A stretch of DNA of 64,000 bases from a virus. The translations under genes and the position numbers were made by a program. The notes beneath the pieces were generated by a model. It made no database searches and was not told the origin of the DNA. It saw only the letters and a list, made by a program, of their open reading frames with translations. This document shows positions 15,836 to 25,555 of this stretch, in pieces (position 1 is the stretch's first letter; the number at the start of each line of letters is the position of its first letter). The DNA lies in IMG/VR virus record IMGVR_UViG_3300017963_000254, positions 1 through 64,000 of that record; one strand, given 5' to 3'.

Positions 15836-17302
15836 ATGAGTTCTGCGTCTACGGTCGCGATCATGCGCGGTGAGCTGGGCATCCACCTCAGCGAGCTGGA
15901 CGACGATCAGCGAGAGTTACTCGAGCAACAGCTGACCCTGGTCTCGAGGCCCTGGGGCGACAACCCGCCCAAGACGGTCCGCTGCTACCAGGAGAAGGAC
16001 GGCCGCCTCTGGATCCCGCGCCACTTCGAGCCGATGTCGATGTGGCAGCTCGTGGACAGCTGGGAGTGGAGCACCGGCCGCCATCATCAGTTCCAGGTCC
16101 AGGCGAAGCTCGACCCCGAGCGCGGTCAGGTCAGGGCTGTGCCGGCGATGATCGAGTACCTCAAGCGACACGGCGCCGGCGTCCTTCGTTCTGGCACAGG
16201 CACAGGCAAGACCGTGGTGGGGCTGATCATTGGCGCGGCCTTCGAGTGCTTCATCGGGATCCCGGTCTACAACGGGCACATGATGGACCACTGGACCGAG
16301 GACGCGATGAAGGTGCTCGGCCTGTCCGAGGACGACATCGGAATCGTGCAGAGCGACCGCTGCGATCTGGGCAAGCCGGTCACGATCATGATGGTCCAGA
16401 GCCTCCTCGCGCGCAGGTACCCGGACGAGCTGTACGAGCAGATCGGCTTCCTGATCGGCGATGAGACGCCGCACTTCGGCGCACCCGAGTGGAAGGCGAC
16501 CGTGGGGATGTTCCCGGCGCGCTACCGCCTCGGCCTCACGGCCGATCCGAAACGGAAAGACGGCCTCGGCGCGTTGATCAACTGGACGTTCGGCGAGGTC
16601 GGCTACACCGCCAGGCGCGTCCGCACGAAGGACATCAAGCCGCCGACCGTGACGGCGATCTTCTGGAAGAAGACCTACCCATGGGGCTCCTACTGCAAGT
16701 GGGAGAAGGACTCGACCGGTCAGTGGGCGATGGGCGACGAGGGGCACCCGTCCAAGTACGACAACGTGCTTGCCGCCGACGAAGATCGCACCAGGATGCT
16801 CGTGGCGGAGATCAAGAACGCGGCCGTCAAACAGCGGTCGATCTTGGTGTTCTCGGCGCGCGTCGAGCACTTGGTGGAGATGCGGGAGCTGCTGGCACGC
16901 CAGCTTGACCCGCCGACGGCGATCGAGAGACTAGCGCAGCTCCGGGCACCGCCGCCGAACCTACCCGTGCTTGGTCACCTGAAGAGCGGCCTGAAGAAGA
17001 GTCAACGGGAGTGGGTGCTCAAGGCGGACATCATCTTCGCGACCTACGCGATGGCGCGGGACGCGTTCAACGCGCCCAAGCTCGACACCGAGTTCTTCGC
17101 CACGCCTCCGGGCGATGTCGAGCAGCCCGCCGGCCGTCTCCGCGAGAAAGCCGAGGACCACGACCGCAAGCCGCTGATGATCGTGGAGGTCTACGAGGAT
17201 ACGCCCTACGGACGCGAGAAGTGGGTCAAGCGGCGCGACTGGTACAGGCAGCGAGGCTTCAAGGTCCAGGAGGTCACCCGGACTCCGAGGAGACGCAAGT
17301 GA
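15836..17302 (+). CDS. Superfamily 2 helicase
   Basis: SGTGTGKT, DETPH, LGLTADP, QPAGRLR. Confidence 0.85.
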   Translation: MSSASTVAIMRGELGIHLSELDDDQRELLEQQLTLVSRPWGDNPPKTVRCYQEKDGRLWIPRHFEPMSMWQLVDSWEWSTGRHHQFQVQAKLDPERGQVRAVPAMIEYLKRHGAGVLRSGTGTGKTVVGLIIGAAFECFIGIPVYNGHMMDHWTEDAMKVLGLSEDDIGIVQSDRCDLGKPVTIMMVQSLLARRYPDELYEQIGFLIGDETPHFGAPEWKATVGMFPARYRLGLTADPKRKDGLGALINWTFGEVGYTARRVRTKDIKPPTVTAIFWKKTYPWGSYCKWEKDSTGQWAMGDEGHPSKYDNVLAADEDRTRMLVAEIKNAAVKQRSILVFSARVEHLVEMRELLARQLDPPTAIERLAQLRAPPPNLPVLGHLKSGLKKSQREWVLKADIIFATYAMARDAFNAPKLDTEFFATPPGDVEQPAGRLREKAEDHDRKPLMIVEVYEDTPYGREKWVKRRDWYRQRGFKVQEVTRTPRRRK

Positions 17303-17805
17303 GCGGCGGCGACTGGGCGCAGTTCGTCAGCTACGACTCGGCCGAGGCGCGTCAACGCGCGCTCGAGAGAAAGCGCAAGCGCTACAAGACCGATGAGGAG
17401 TACCGCGAGTCGAAGCGAGCGTCGGCGCGGGCGCGATACAAGCCGAAGGGCCGGAAGGAGCGAAGCGGCCGGGGCCGCAACAGGCCGCGTCCGTACCCCT
17501 ACGAGGGCCGGGTGATCCTCCTCGTCGGGTTGGGCCAGCTCTCCGACGCAACCGGCGTCAGCAAGTCGACCTTACGACGCTACGAGGAGAAGGAGATCAT
17601 TCCCATCAACCGGATCATCGATGCGCGCGGCCGGCGCTGGTACCCGAAGGAGTTTGTGACCTGGCTCGCGCCGCTCCTGCTCGGCCAGGCCCAGAAGAGA
17701 GAGCCCCACTGGCGTCTGAGGACCCGGGTAGAACGTGAGTGGAAGAAGGCTCTGGCCAAGGGTATGCCCGTCCTGAAGGAGGCACGAGATGAGCGAGACG
17801 ACTGA
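17299..17805 (+). CDS. MerR-like HTH protein
   Basis: GLGQLSDATGVSKSTLRRYEEKEIIP...RGRRWY; GTGA overlap. Confidence 0.7.
   Translation: MSGGDWAQFVSYDSAEARQRALERKRKRYKTDEEYRESKRASARARYKPKGRKERSGRGRNRPRPYPYEGRVILLVGLGQLSDATGVSKSTLRRYEEKEIIPINRIIDARGRRWYPKEFVTWLAPLLLGQAQKREPHWRLRTRVEREWKKALAKGMPVLKEARDERDD
17726..17734 (+). promoter_or_regulatory. GGGTAGAAC motif within coding sequence
   Basis: Exact motif match 55 nt upstream of ATG17789. Confidence 0.4.
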
Positions 17806-18151
17806 GGTTACGACCCCTTCGATTGTTGCGGCGACCACGATCACGGTCCTGCGCACCGTCAAGGTGGGGACGGAGGACTCGGACGGTGAGTCCGAGCTGA
17901 CCGAGACCATCGAGGTCCACAAGTTCGCCGTGCCGCCGGCCATCGCCAAGGCCGGGCTGTCCGTGAGGAAGAGCAAGCAGACCGTGCGCGGCGACTGGGT
18001 CGCCGGCGAGGTCACGCTCGGCGCCGACCGGCCCTGCTACATGGAAGAGCTGCCCCAGGCCGCCGAGGTCGCCTACGACCTGGTCAAGGAGCGGATGCAG
18101 GTCGAGCTGCCGAAGATGCTCGCGGCGCTGGACCAGCTGGCCAAGTCCTGA
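17789..18151 (+). CDS. Hypothetical protein
   Basis: AAGGAGG SD; GC3 bias. Confidence 0.65.
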   Translation: MSETTEVTTPSIVAATTITVLRTVKVGTEDSDGESELTETIEVHKFAVPPAIAKAGLSVRKSKQTVRGDWVAGEVTLGADRPCYMEELPQAAEVAYDLVKERMQVELPKMLAALDQLAKS

Positions 18152-19389
18152 TGGCGGCTGCCAAGAAGAAGACCGCCAAGAAGACCAAGAGGCCGGCCGT
18201 GAAGAAGGCGGCGCCCAAGAAGGCGGCCAAGAAGAAGGACGAAGACGGATTCGCCGCGTTCACGGCCAAGGCCAAGAAGGCGTGGCCGGACACGATCATC
18301 GTCGCGTCCGAGGGCGTGCAGGAGATCCCCTGCTTCTCGACAGGCAACATCGGCCTCGACATCGCGACGTTCGGCGGCTGGCGGCGTGGGCGCATCCACC
18401 GGATCTACGGGCTCGAGAAGGCCGGCAAGACGGGCACGATGCTCAACTCGGTCCGCGCCTGGCAGCGGCACTGCGGGCTCTGCTACGAGCGCGGCCCATG
18501 CGAGCACGGGAAGGTGTCCGGCGTGGATCGGCCGAAGGCGGCGGCCCTCTACATCGACGCCGAGCACCGGCTGGCCGACATGTGGAAGCGGGTTGCCGAC
18601 CACGGAATCGACCTGGACCGGATCCTTGTCCAGCAGCCGCCGACCGGCCAGCACGTCGTGGACTTCGTGGACTCGGCCCTTCGAGAGAAGGGCGCGAACA
18701 TCGGGCTCGTCATCGTCGATTCGATCGCGCACATCGTGTCGAAGGAGGAGATCGAGAAGGCGACCATGAAGGGCCGCACGATGGCCGTCAACGCGCAGCT
18801 CATCAACAAGGCCGTGCGCAAGTGGACGGCGGCAGTCTGCTCGCTCGGCATCTCGACCGCGAAGAAGCCGACGATTCTCCTGGTCAATCAGCTGAGGCAG
18901 TCTCCCGACCAGTACGTGAAAGAGGTCCAAACGGGCGGCAAGGGTCTCGACTACGCGACCAGCCTCGACCTGCGCCTATCCGCCGGTAAGTACCACTACG
19001 TGGTGCCGACCAAGGACGGCAAGGGGTGGGAGGACAAGATCCCCAAGTTCGGCCCACAGGGCTGGAAGCCGGACGCCGACGCCGCGCCGGACTACGTGGA
19101 GATCAACTACCGCGTGACGAAGTCCGGCGTCTGCCCGAACGGGCGCTTCGGATCGTTCCAGTACTGGCTGCGGCCGACGCACGGGCGCCGGATCGGCGAC
19201 CCAGACAACATGGGCCGGCTGTGGGAGTACGCGAGGAAGTACCTCATGGAGAAGGTCGGTGGCAGCTACACCATCCTCGGTATCGAGGCCAGCACGCAGA
19301 ACAAGCTGAAGCAGAAGTTCACTCACGATCCAGATGCCGTCGAGAAGGCGTGGACGGCCCTTGTGGCGGTGCTGTCGGAGTTGTCGTGA
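18151..19389 (+). CDS. RecA/UvsX-like recombinase
   Basis: FSTGNIGLD, IYGLEKAGKT, YIDAEH, VIVDSIA, LVNQLR, TGGKGL. Confidence 0.9.
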   Translation: MAAAKKKTAKKTKRPAVKKAAPKKAAKKKDEDGFAAFTAKAKKAWPDTIIVASEGVQEIPCFSTGNIGLDIATFGGWRRGRIHRIYGLEKAGKTGTMLNSVRAWQRHCGLCYERGPCEHGKVSGVDRPKAAALYIDAEHRLADMWKRVADHGIDLDRILVQQPPTGQHVVDFVDSALREKGANIGLVIVDSIAHIVSKEEIEKATMKGRTMAVNAQLINKAVRKWTAAVCSLGISTAKKPTILLVNQLRQSPDQYVKEVQTGGKGLDYATSLDLRLSAGKYHYVVPTKDGKGWEDKIPKFGPQGWKPDADAAPDYVEINYRVTKSGVCPNGRFGSFQYWLRPTHGRRIGDPDNMGRLWEYARKYLMEKVGGSYTILGIEASTQNKLKQKFTHDPDAVEKAWTALVAVLSELS

Positions 19390-19787
19390 GCGGGCCTCGC
19401 TACTTCGACGAGGTTCACGAGGCCGAGGGGCCGGACTACTTCGGCAAGGAGAACAGGCCGAAGACCGGCGACTGGAAACAGCACGAGAAGGACATCGCCG
19501 AGCGCACAGGCGATCAACAAGTGCGCGGGTCCGGCAATCAGCCCGGCCGGCCTGGTGACACGATGGGGGCCGACTTCCTCCGCGACGGAAAACTGTCGCA
19601 CGGGGCCGGGATCACGATCAAGGCCAGCTGGCTCAGGAAGCTCATCGAGGAGGCTCTCAGCATGGGGAAGCGTCCCGTGCTCGAGGTCAGACTCGAGGGC
19701 GCCGAGACGCCTGTTCCTCGGGACTGGGTGTTCGTTCCTGCGGCCGACTACGACGACCTACAGGAGCGCGCCGGATGGTCGACATAG
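19386..19787 (+). CDS. Small PD-(D/E)XK nuclease, Holliday-junction-resolvase-like
   Basis: HE..IA...RGSGN...PGD...RDGK; GTGA overlap. Confidence 0.55.
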   Translation: MSGPRYFDEVHEAEGPDYFGKENRPKTGDWKQHEKDIAERTGDQQVRGSGNQPGRPGDTMGADFLRDGKLSHGAGITIKASWLRKLIEEALSMGKRPVLEVRLEGAETPVPRDWVFVPAADYDDLQERAGWST

Positions 19788-20695
19788 CCGACGTCCTGGG
19801 CCTGCTCGACGAGCACGCCATTACTCCGACATCTTCGCTCGTACGGACGCCGGCGTCGGACACGGCCAGCGTGTTCTTGCAGGAATTCTACGAGTGGCTC
19901 GAGGCAGATGAGCGGCGGCGGGAGCCGGACGATCCGAGCTACCTGCGCGCGTCGAGCCTGTACAAGGTCTGCGGCCGGCGCGAGGCGTTCTTCATGGAAC
20001 GGCCGGTGCTGCGGTCGGTGGAGAGCTTCTCACCGGGCCGACGCATGAACTTCGACGTTGGTCACGCGCTCCACTGGTGGTGGCAGAACCGCTACCTCGG
20101 GCCGATGGGCCGTCTGTGGGGCAACTGGTTCTGCTCGCGCTGCGATCGGATCGTGACCCAGGGGCTCATGCCGAAGCGGTGCCCCGGATGCAACCAGGGC
20201 CACAAGAAGGTGCTCACCTACGAGGAGATGTTCCTCAAGGACGAGCGGCTCAAGTACACCGCGCACCCAGACGGCCTTCTGGTCGATGCGCCCGGTCCTC
20301 CGCGCCTGCTTCTCGAGCTGAAGACGAAGAAGTCGGACAAGTTCGAGCCGCTCAAGCGGCCCGACGGCGAGCACGTGATCCAGGTGCTCGCCTACATGCG
20401 CCCGCTCGGCGTGCGCGAGGCGCTGGTGGTCTACATCGACAAGGGCAAGCAGACCTTGTGGAGGCCGATGGCCGGGCGGATCGCGCCCGTGGGGCCTCCG
20501 CGCGTGAAGGTCTTCCACGTCCTGTTCGACGACGAGATCTGGGCCGACGTCGAGAAGCGCATCCTCGATTTCTGGCGGGCAAAGGATGGCGCTCCGCCGG
20601 AAGATCTGTGTAGGATCTGTCCTTCCCCGACGAGCAGCTTCGCGCGGATCTGTCTGGCGAGAGACGACTGTTTCTCTCGGAGTGCGCCATCATGA
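19775..20695 (+). CDS. Cas4-like / PD-(D/E)XK exonuclease
   Basis: RASSL..VC, GHALH, HPDG, LELKT, QVLAYM, C-terminal Cys cluster. Confidence 0.75.
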   Translation: MVDIADVLGLLDEHAITPTSSLVRTPASDTASVFLQEFYEWLEADERRREPDDPSYLRASSLYKVCGRREAFFMERPVLRSVESFSPGRRMNFDVGHALHWWWQNRYLGPMGRLWGNWFCSRCDRIVTQGLMPKRCPGCNQGHKKVLTYEEMFLKDERLKYTAHPDGLLVDAPGPPRLLLELKTKKSDKFEPLKRPDGEHVIQVLAYMRPLGVREALVVYIDKGKQTLWRPMAGRIAPVGPPRVKVFHVLFDDEIWADVEKRILDFWRAKDGAPPEDLCRICPSPTSSFARICLARDDCFSRSAPS

Positions 20696-21216
20696 TGCCG
20701 ATTCTCACTCTGGACCTGGGCACGCACACCGGCTGGTCCCTGCGGGATACGAGGGGCAACGTCATAAGCGGCCGGCAGTCGTTCGAGCTGACCCGGTGGG
20801 AGAGCCACGGGATGCGCCAGCTCCGGTTCCGCAAGTGGATCCGTGAGATGCTCGACGAATTCCTTCTGGCGGATGACCCGGAGCAGGCGTTCGTGGCCTA
20901 CGAGCGGCCTATCATCGCGGGCCGGGGGAAGAACCAGCACAGGTCGGGCAACGAGGTCGGGAAGCTCCTGGTCGGGACGCTGCTTCCCGAGCTGGAGGAG
21001 CGCGAACTGCTCCACGCGGCGCCGACGCCGGTTCAGGTGAAGAAGCACGCGACTGGCAAGGGAAACGCGAACAAGCACGCGATGGTCGAAGCGGCCGAGA
21101 ACCGCTGGGAGCACTACTCGCGGCCGAAGGACTACAGCGAGAAGAATGGGGACGACGAGGCGGATGCGCTCGGCATCATGGGATGGGCGATCGACGAGGT
21201 TGGGGCGTCTGGGTAG
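20692..21216 (+). CDS. RuvC-like resolvase
   Basis: ILTLDLG, AYE, VKKHATGKGNANK, DDEADAL. Confidence 0.8.
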   Translation: MMPILTLDLGTHTGWSLRDTRGNVISGRQSFELTRWESHGMRQLRFRKWIREMLDEFLLADDPEQAFVAYERPIIAGRGKNQHRSGNEVGKLLVGTLLPELEERELLHAAPTPVQVKKHATGKGNANKHAMVEAAENRWEHYSRPKDYSEKNGDDEADALGIMGWAIDEVGASG

Positions 21217-21218
21217 GC

Positions 21219-21227
21219 GGGTATAAC
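21219..21227 (+). promoter_or_regulatory. GGGTATAAC promoter-like motif
   Basis: Intergenic, upstream of ATG21246. Confidence 0.55.
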
Positions 21228-21245
21228 CCAACACGGAAGCTGATC

Positions 21246-21572
21246 ATGTCGCTGCTGAGGGAGTACCTCATTGACGGACGGAGTTGTCGAGACCTTGCGG
21301 CCAAGCACGGCGTGTCTGAGGCTCTTGTCCGGGCTACTCTCGGAGAGCGCGGTATCCGCGTTGACTCTGACAGCGTTCGCGATCCCGTCTGTGCTGCTGT
21401 CGGATGGCTCGGATACGGGTCGTTCTCCCGCTTCGTTCACCAGCGCGGTCTGTCCTCGCTCAACGCCCAGGCTCAAGAGCTGGGGGTCACGAAGGCCCAG
21501 CTCCAACGGGTCTACGGGATCTTCCGGCGGCTAGCGGAAGAGGAAGGCGGCGACGATGGCGCAGGGGCGTAG
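21246..21572 (+). CDS. HTH protein
   Basis: SCRDLAAKHGVSEALV; LNAQAQELGVTKAQL. Confidence 0.6.
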   Translation: MSLLREYLIDGRSCRDLAAKHGVSEALVRATLGERGIRVDSDSVRDPVCAAVGWLGYGSFSRFVHQRGLSSLNAQAQELGVTKAQLQRVYGIFRRLAEEEGGDDGAGA

Positions 21573-22374
21573 GAGTGACGAGCCGGAGGAGATCAGGAAG
21601 CGGCTGCGGGCAAGCAAGAAGGCGATCGACGAGGAGTACATCCGCATGGGGCGCGACCTGTACCAGGTCTACCACAGGCGGCTCTTCCTCGACTGGGGGC
21701 ACGACACCTTCGACGATTTCGCCGAGAACGAGGTCAAGATCTCACGGAAGCGCGCCGAGCGCGTCCGGCTGATCTTCACGCACTTCGTCAAGGAGTGCGG
21801 CTTGAAGCCGTCGGAGCTGAGCGTCCTCGGCTACACGTGCGCGAACGAACTGCGCGGGGCAACGGACCAGAGCAATGTCCGGCAGCGGGTCAAGGCGGCG
21901 AAGGATCTCAGCTGGAGAGCGCTGCGCCGGAAGATCGCCCAGTGGAAGCAGCCTCCCAAGGACGTCACCGACGACATGCCGAAGGTGCCGGACGAGGAAC
22001 CGCCGGTCGACGACGACACAACACCGCTGGCGTCGAACGATGGCCGGATCGTGAGGAACTTCCCCCTCTACCCGTCCCAGCAGAAGGTCGTGCAGGCGGC
22101 GATCGATGAGGCCAAGCGCGGCAAGCCCAACGAGATGGCCGACAACGAAGCGCTCGCCAACATCTCGACCGAGTTCTTGGCGTCGCGGATGTCGAAAGAG
22201 GAGGAGCCGGTCACGCGATGCCGCTACATACTCTCCGTGCTGGAGCGTGTCTACGGCGGCAAGATGATCTGGATCCCGGACGACGAGGCCGCCGAGGCTC
22301 TCGCGAAGTACATGGAGAAGCACCCCGAGCTGTTCAGCGAACCAACCGAGGAACTGGAGGATGACGATGAGTGA
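21556..22374 (+). CDS. Hypothetical protein
   Basis: Long GC3-biased frame in operon. Confidence 0.7.
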   Translation: MAQGRRSDEPEEIRKRLRASKKAIDEEYIRMGRDLYQVYHRRLFLDWGHDTFDDFAENEVKISRKRAERVRLIFTHFVKECGLKPSELSVLGYTCANELRGATDQSNVRQRVKAAKDLSWRALRRKIAQWKQPPKDVTDDMPKVPDEEPPVDDDTTPLASNDGRIVRNFPLYPSQQKVVQAAIDEAKRGKPNEMADNEALANISTEFLASRMSKEEEPVTRCRYILSVLERVYGGKMIWIPDDEAAEALAKYMEKHPELFSEPTEELEDDDE

Positions 22375-22681
22375 GGCAGGGGACAAGAGGACGCGGAACG
22401 TCACGCCGCTCCACTACAGGCTGGTGGCGGTCTCGCGGGATGAGTCCGGCGAGCCGACTCGCTTCGATGTGGTGCCGGCGCCGGACGGCGTGAAGGACCC
22501 GAAGCGCAGGGACCAGTACAAGCGCTCGGTGCGGGCCGTGCTCGAGGCGGCCGAGGACGCTGACGCGGTCCAAGCCTACAACGGCAAGCAGTTGACCGTG
22601 GTCGCCTTCCCCGATCCGTTCATGTTCAAGGCGGAGGTCAAGGAGGAGACGATCCGCACGGTCCACATCACCGAGAGCTAG
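22361..22681 (+). CDS. Hypothetical protein
   Basis: GGAGG SD; GC3 bias. Confidence 0.65.
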   Translation: MTMSEAGDKRTRNVTPLHYRLVAVSRDESGEPTRFDVVPAPDGVKDPKRRDQYKRSVRAVLEAAEDADAVQAYNGKQLTVVAFPDPFMFKAEVKEETIRTVHITES

Positions 22682-23430
22682 TGACCGGCGCCGGCGCGGA
22701 TCCTCTCTTCGAGCTGCGGCTCGAGATCAAAGCCTGCACGGGCTGTCATCTGCGGCACACGAGCAAGCAACGCGTGCCGGGTGACGGGAGCAGGGCCGCG
22801 CCGATCATGTTGATTGGGGAGGCTCCCGGCTACTACGAGGACAGGGACGGCCGGGCGTTTATCGGCAAGGCCGGTCAGAAGCTCGACGCGTGGCTGGATC
22901 TCGTTGGTCTTGATCGGCACAAGCACCTGTTCATCACCAACGTCCTTCGCTGCCGCCCTCCGAACAATCGCTTCCCGGAGTACGAGCGCGGCGGTCCGGT
23001 TGACTCCTGTATGCCGTGGCTCGTGCGTCAGCTGGAGCTGGTCAACCCGTGGGCCGTGATCCTCGCGGGGAAGCGAGCGCTCCACCACGTGCTGCTGGAC
23101 GGCTCGGTCGAGATGGCCGATCCGTTCCGGCCGTGGGTAGGGCGCGTCTGCCGGCGGCGCGACCTCTACGGCGAGGTGCGCTTCTACCCGATCTGGCACC
23201 CGGCCTACATCCTGCGGAACAGGAACCCCTACGAGGAGGAGAAGTGCACCGAGGCCCTCACCGCCGCCTTCGATTACGTCGCCGCGAAGCAAGGAGGCGG
23301 CGGCGCGCCGGTGGAGGATCTCTACGAGGTCCGGCCTGTTGGCTTCGTGCAGCACCAGCAGCGGTTCCGGCTGTTCGGCGCGCCGAAGCCGATCCAGGAG
23401 CCGGAGCAGGAGACGGGAGCGGGAGCATGA
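22681..23430 (+). CDS. Uracil-DNA glycosylase family 4
   Basis: CTGC, IGEAPG, FIGKAG, TNVLRCRPP, WHPAY. Confidence 0.9.
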   Translation: MTGAGADPLFELRLEIKACTGCHLRHTSKQRVPGDGSRAAPIMLIGEAPGYYEDRDGRAFIGKAGQKLDAWLDLVGLDRHKHLFITNVLRCRPPNNRFPEYERGGPVDSCMPWLVRQLELVNPWAVILAGKRALHHVLLDGSVEMADPFRPWVGRVCRRRDLYGEVRFYPIWHPAYILRNRNPYEEEKCTEALTAAFDYVAAKQGGGGAPVEDLYEVRPVGFVQHQQRFRLFGAPKPIQEPEQETGAGA

Positions 23431-23699
23431 CGCCAGAGAAGGTACACGCCTTTGTCGAGGAGCTGGACAAGATCAACGACCTGCTTCTCGAGGTCCAGGC
23501 TGACGGCGCTTCCGATGGCGGGAGTGTGAACACGAAACTGGACATGCTATGCTACGCGGTCGCTGCGCTCGTCCGGCTTGAGAGCGAGCGGCTCTCGGCC
23601 GAGCTGAGCGACCACGAACAGGCGGAACCGGATGTCCCGACTCAGCTCGAGTTGTTTCCCGATTTACCGCCTCCAACTCCCGACGTGACCGAGACTTAG
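23427..23699 (+). CDS. Small acidic protein with beta-clamp-binding-like QLELF motif
   Basis: ATGA overlap; PTQLELFPD near C-terminus. Confidence 0.6.
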   Translation: MTPEKVHAFVEELDKINDLLLEVQADGASDGGSVNTKLDMLCYAVAALVRLESERLSAELSDHEQAEPDVPTQLELFPDLPPPTPDVTET

Positions 23700-23728
23700 G
23701 TCGCTCAGGAGAAAAACTACAAATTGGC

Positions 23729-23757
23729 GTGACAGGCTAGAGGCGTTTCGCTATTCT
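23729..23757 (+). promoter_or_regulatory. Sigma70-type promoter
   Basis: GTGACA-17 nt-TATTCT with A-rich tract upstream (GAAAAACTACAAATT). Confidence 0.6.
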
Positions 23758-23794
23758 GGGGGGTAGCTCTACCACCCGAGGAGGGACGCCGAAC

Positions 23795-25084
23795 GTGCTA
23801 TCTGTCGCTTACCGGGCTCCCTGGCCGCCGGCCAGGGTCCCTTCTACCCACAAGCCGTGCTCCGAGTGCGGGCGCGTGTTGCCCCGCGCCACTCACTACC
23901 GTCTCCGCTACGCCGACAACCCGTTCAACCTGCCCGACGGGGAAGAGGACGGCTCCGACGTGCCGGGCGATCGTGTGCTCTGCGTGCAGCCGCGCTGCAT
24001 CGCGTGCGACAACCTGCGCCGGGAGCGCAGCCGCGCGGTGACGGAGCTGCGGCGGAAGCTCTCCAAGTACAAGTCGGCCGTCGTCAAGCACGACAGCCTC
24101 TACCACACGGTCGAGATTCGCGGACGCGTGCCGCGCGCCATCCGGGAGATGCTGCTCGAGCCTGCGGCCCGTGCCGGCCTGATCGTCGTGGATGAGAAAG
24201 GAGAGCCGTTTCTGCCGAAGGATCCCGAGGCCGCGCTCCGCGTCTGCTACGCCGGCGTGCTTCCGATCTACATCAAGAAGGCCGGGTCGAGCCAGAAGAT
24301 CCGGCCGTCGCGGATCGGGCATTTCGGCCGCGAGCAGATCGCGTTGCTGAAGGCGATCCCGGGGCTCGTCAACAAGCTGCCGGACAAGCATCCGTTCGCC
24401 AAGCTCGCTCAGGACGTGGTCGACGTCGCGCTCGTCCGGGAGTGGGGCGACCACTCCGAGGAGGCGATGGATGCGATCATCGGTCGTCTCCGCCGGAAGC
24501 TGTGGAAGTTCGCCAGGGCGATGGTCGACTCGAAGATGCTCCGCCCGGACGAGGCGGAGACGCGGTTCGTGGAGGGGATCTATGACGGCGTACGAACGTG
24601 GGATCCTCTCCACCCCTCGTGCGCCGCGCTACTGACGCACTGCGGGCACCGGGTGAAGAGGTCGCTCCAGCTGCGCGGCCGGAAGGACCATCGGATCGCT
24701 GCGCGGAAGGACTCCGATGGCCGGTTCCGTGGAGGGGCGGCCAGTCTCGATACCCTGATGCCGCCCAAGATCGCGGACGAAGGCGCGTTCGTTCCTCATG
24801 CCCGGAGTTACTCGACTGGCGCAGGCGCGGTGCCGAGCGTTCAGTCCGACCGCCGCGAGGAGTCCCGCCGCCTGGCCATCCAGTCGGACGTGGCCGAGGC
24901 GCTCGAGGTGCTCGATCCCGTCAGCCGGCGGATCGTCGAGGGCGTCTTCCTGTCCGATTTCTCGATCGGACGGATGTCGGAGGAGCTTGGTATGACCACT
25001 GGTGAGCTGCGCAGGCGGGTCTCCGAGATCAAGGAAACGCTCCAGGTCGCGCTTGCGTCTTACCAGGAGGCGATGTCCGTATGA
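23795..25084 (+). CDS. Sigma70-family-like factor with N-terminal Cys-rich domain
   Basis: Region 2-like EGIYDGVRTWDP; region 4-like ALEVLDPVSRRIV...SIGRMSEELGMT; CSEC and CIAC. Confidence 0.65.
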   Translation: MLSVAYRAPWPPARVPSTHKPCSECGRVLPRATHYRLRYADNPFNLPDGEEDGSDVPGDRVLCVQPRCIACDNLRRERSRAVTELRRKLSKYKSAVVKHDSLYHTVEIRGRVPRAIREMLLEPAARAGLIVVDEKGEPFLPKDPEAALRVCYAGVLPIYIKKAGSSQKIRPSRIGHFGREQIALLKAIPGLVNKLPDKHPFAKLAQDVVDVALVREWGDHSEEAMDAIIGRLRRKLWKFARAMVDSKMLRPDEAETRFVEGIYDGVRTWDPLHPSCAALLTHCGHRVKRSLQLRGRKDHRIAARKDSDGRFRGGAASLDTLMPPKIADEGAFVPHARSYSTGAGAVPSVQSDRREESRRLAIQSDVAEALEVLDPVSRRIVEGVFLSDFSIGRMSEELGMTTGELRRRVSEIKETLQVALASYQEAMSV

Positions 25085-25551
25085 CGACCGACAACGGGAA
25101 CCTGCAAGCGGCGCTGGACGCGCTCGGCGGCGCACATCAGCAGAAGAAGGAGGGCACCGGCCCCATCGAGCCCACGCTCGTCTCGAGCGGCAGCGCGGTC
25201 GAGGATCTGGGCAAGCTGGTCGAGCGGAACGCCGGCGTCCCGCAGGGCGTCCTGGCGATGGCCGCGCGCGCTGCGCAGGCGGCAGACGAGGCGCGCGAGG
25301 CTGACGCGAAGGCCAAGATGCTCAAGGCCGAGCTGACCGAGGCGATGAAGGCAGCTGAGGTCAAGAAGATCCACATGGAGGATCGACAGCCGATCGCGTT
25401 CAAGACGAAGAGCGACCGGCAGACGACGCGCAAGGCGATCATCGGTGTGATCGGCGAGGAGGTCGGGACGAAGCTCTGGGCCAACCTGCCTACGCCGACC
25501 AAGGTCTACTTGGACATTCCCAAGAGGGAGGTCGACGACCCCGAACAGTGA
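25081..25551 (+). CDS. Hypothetical coiled-coil protein
   Basis: AGGAGG upstream, ATGA overlap. Confidence 0.65.
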   Translation: MTTDNGNLQAALDALGGAHQQKKEGTGPIEPTLVSSGSAVEDLGKLVERNAGVPQGVLAMAARAAQAADEAREADAKAKMLKAELTEAMKAAEVKKIHMEDRQPIAFKTKSDRQTTRKAIIGVIGEEVGTKLWANLPTPTKVYLDIPKREVDDPEQ

Positions 25552-25555
25552 GCCA

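Noticed and set aside
15824-15838. TAG reassignment or readthrough, since TAG-AAC-NNN-NNN-ATG keeps neighbours in frame at three loci
   Set aside because: Large conserved genes contain no in-frame TAG, and the same motif occurs where TAG is not a stop (15149); promoter spacing explains the 12-nt phase
19775-20695. CRISPR-Cas system suggested by the Cas4-like gene
   Set aside because: No repeat-spacer array or other cas genes; stand-alone Cas4-like nucleases are common in phage recombination modules
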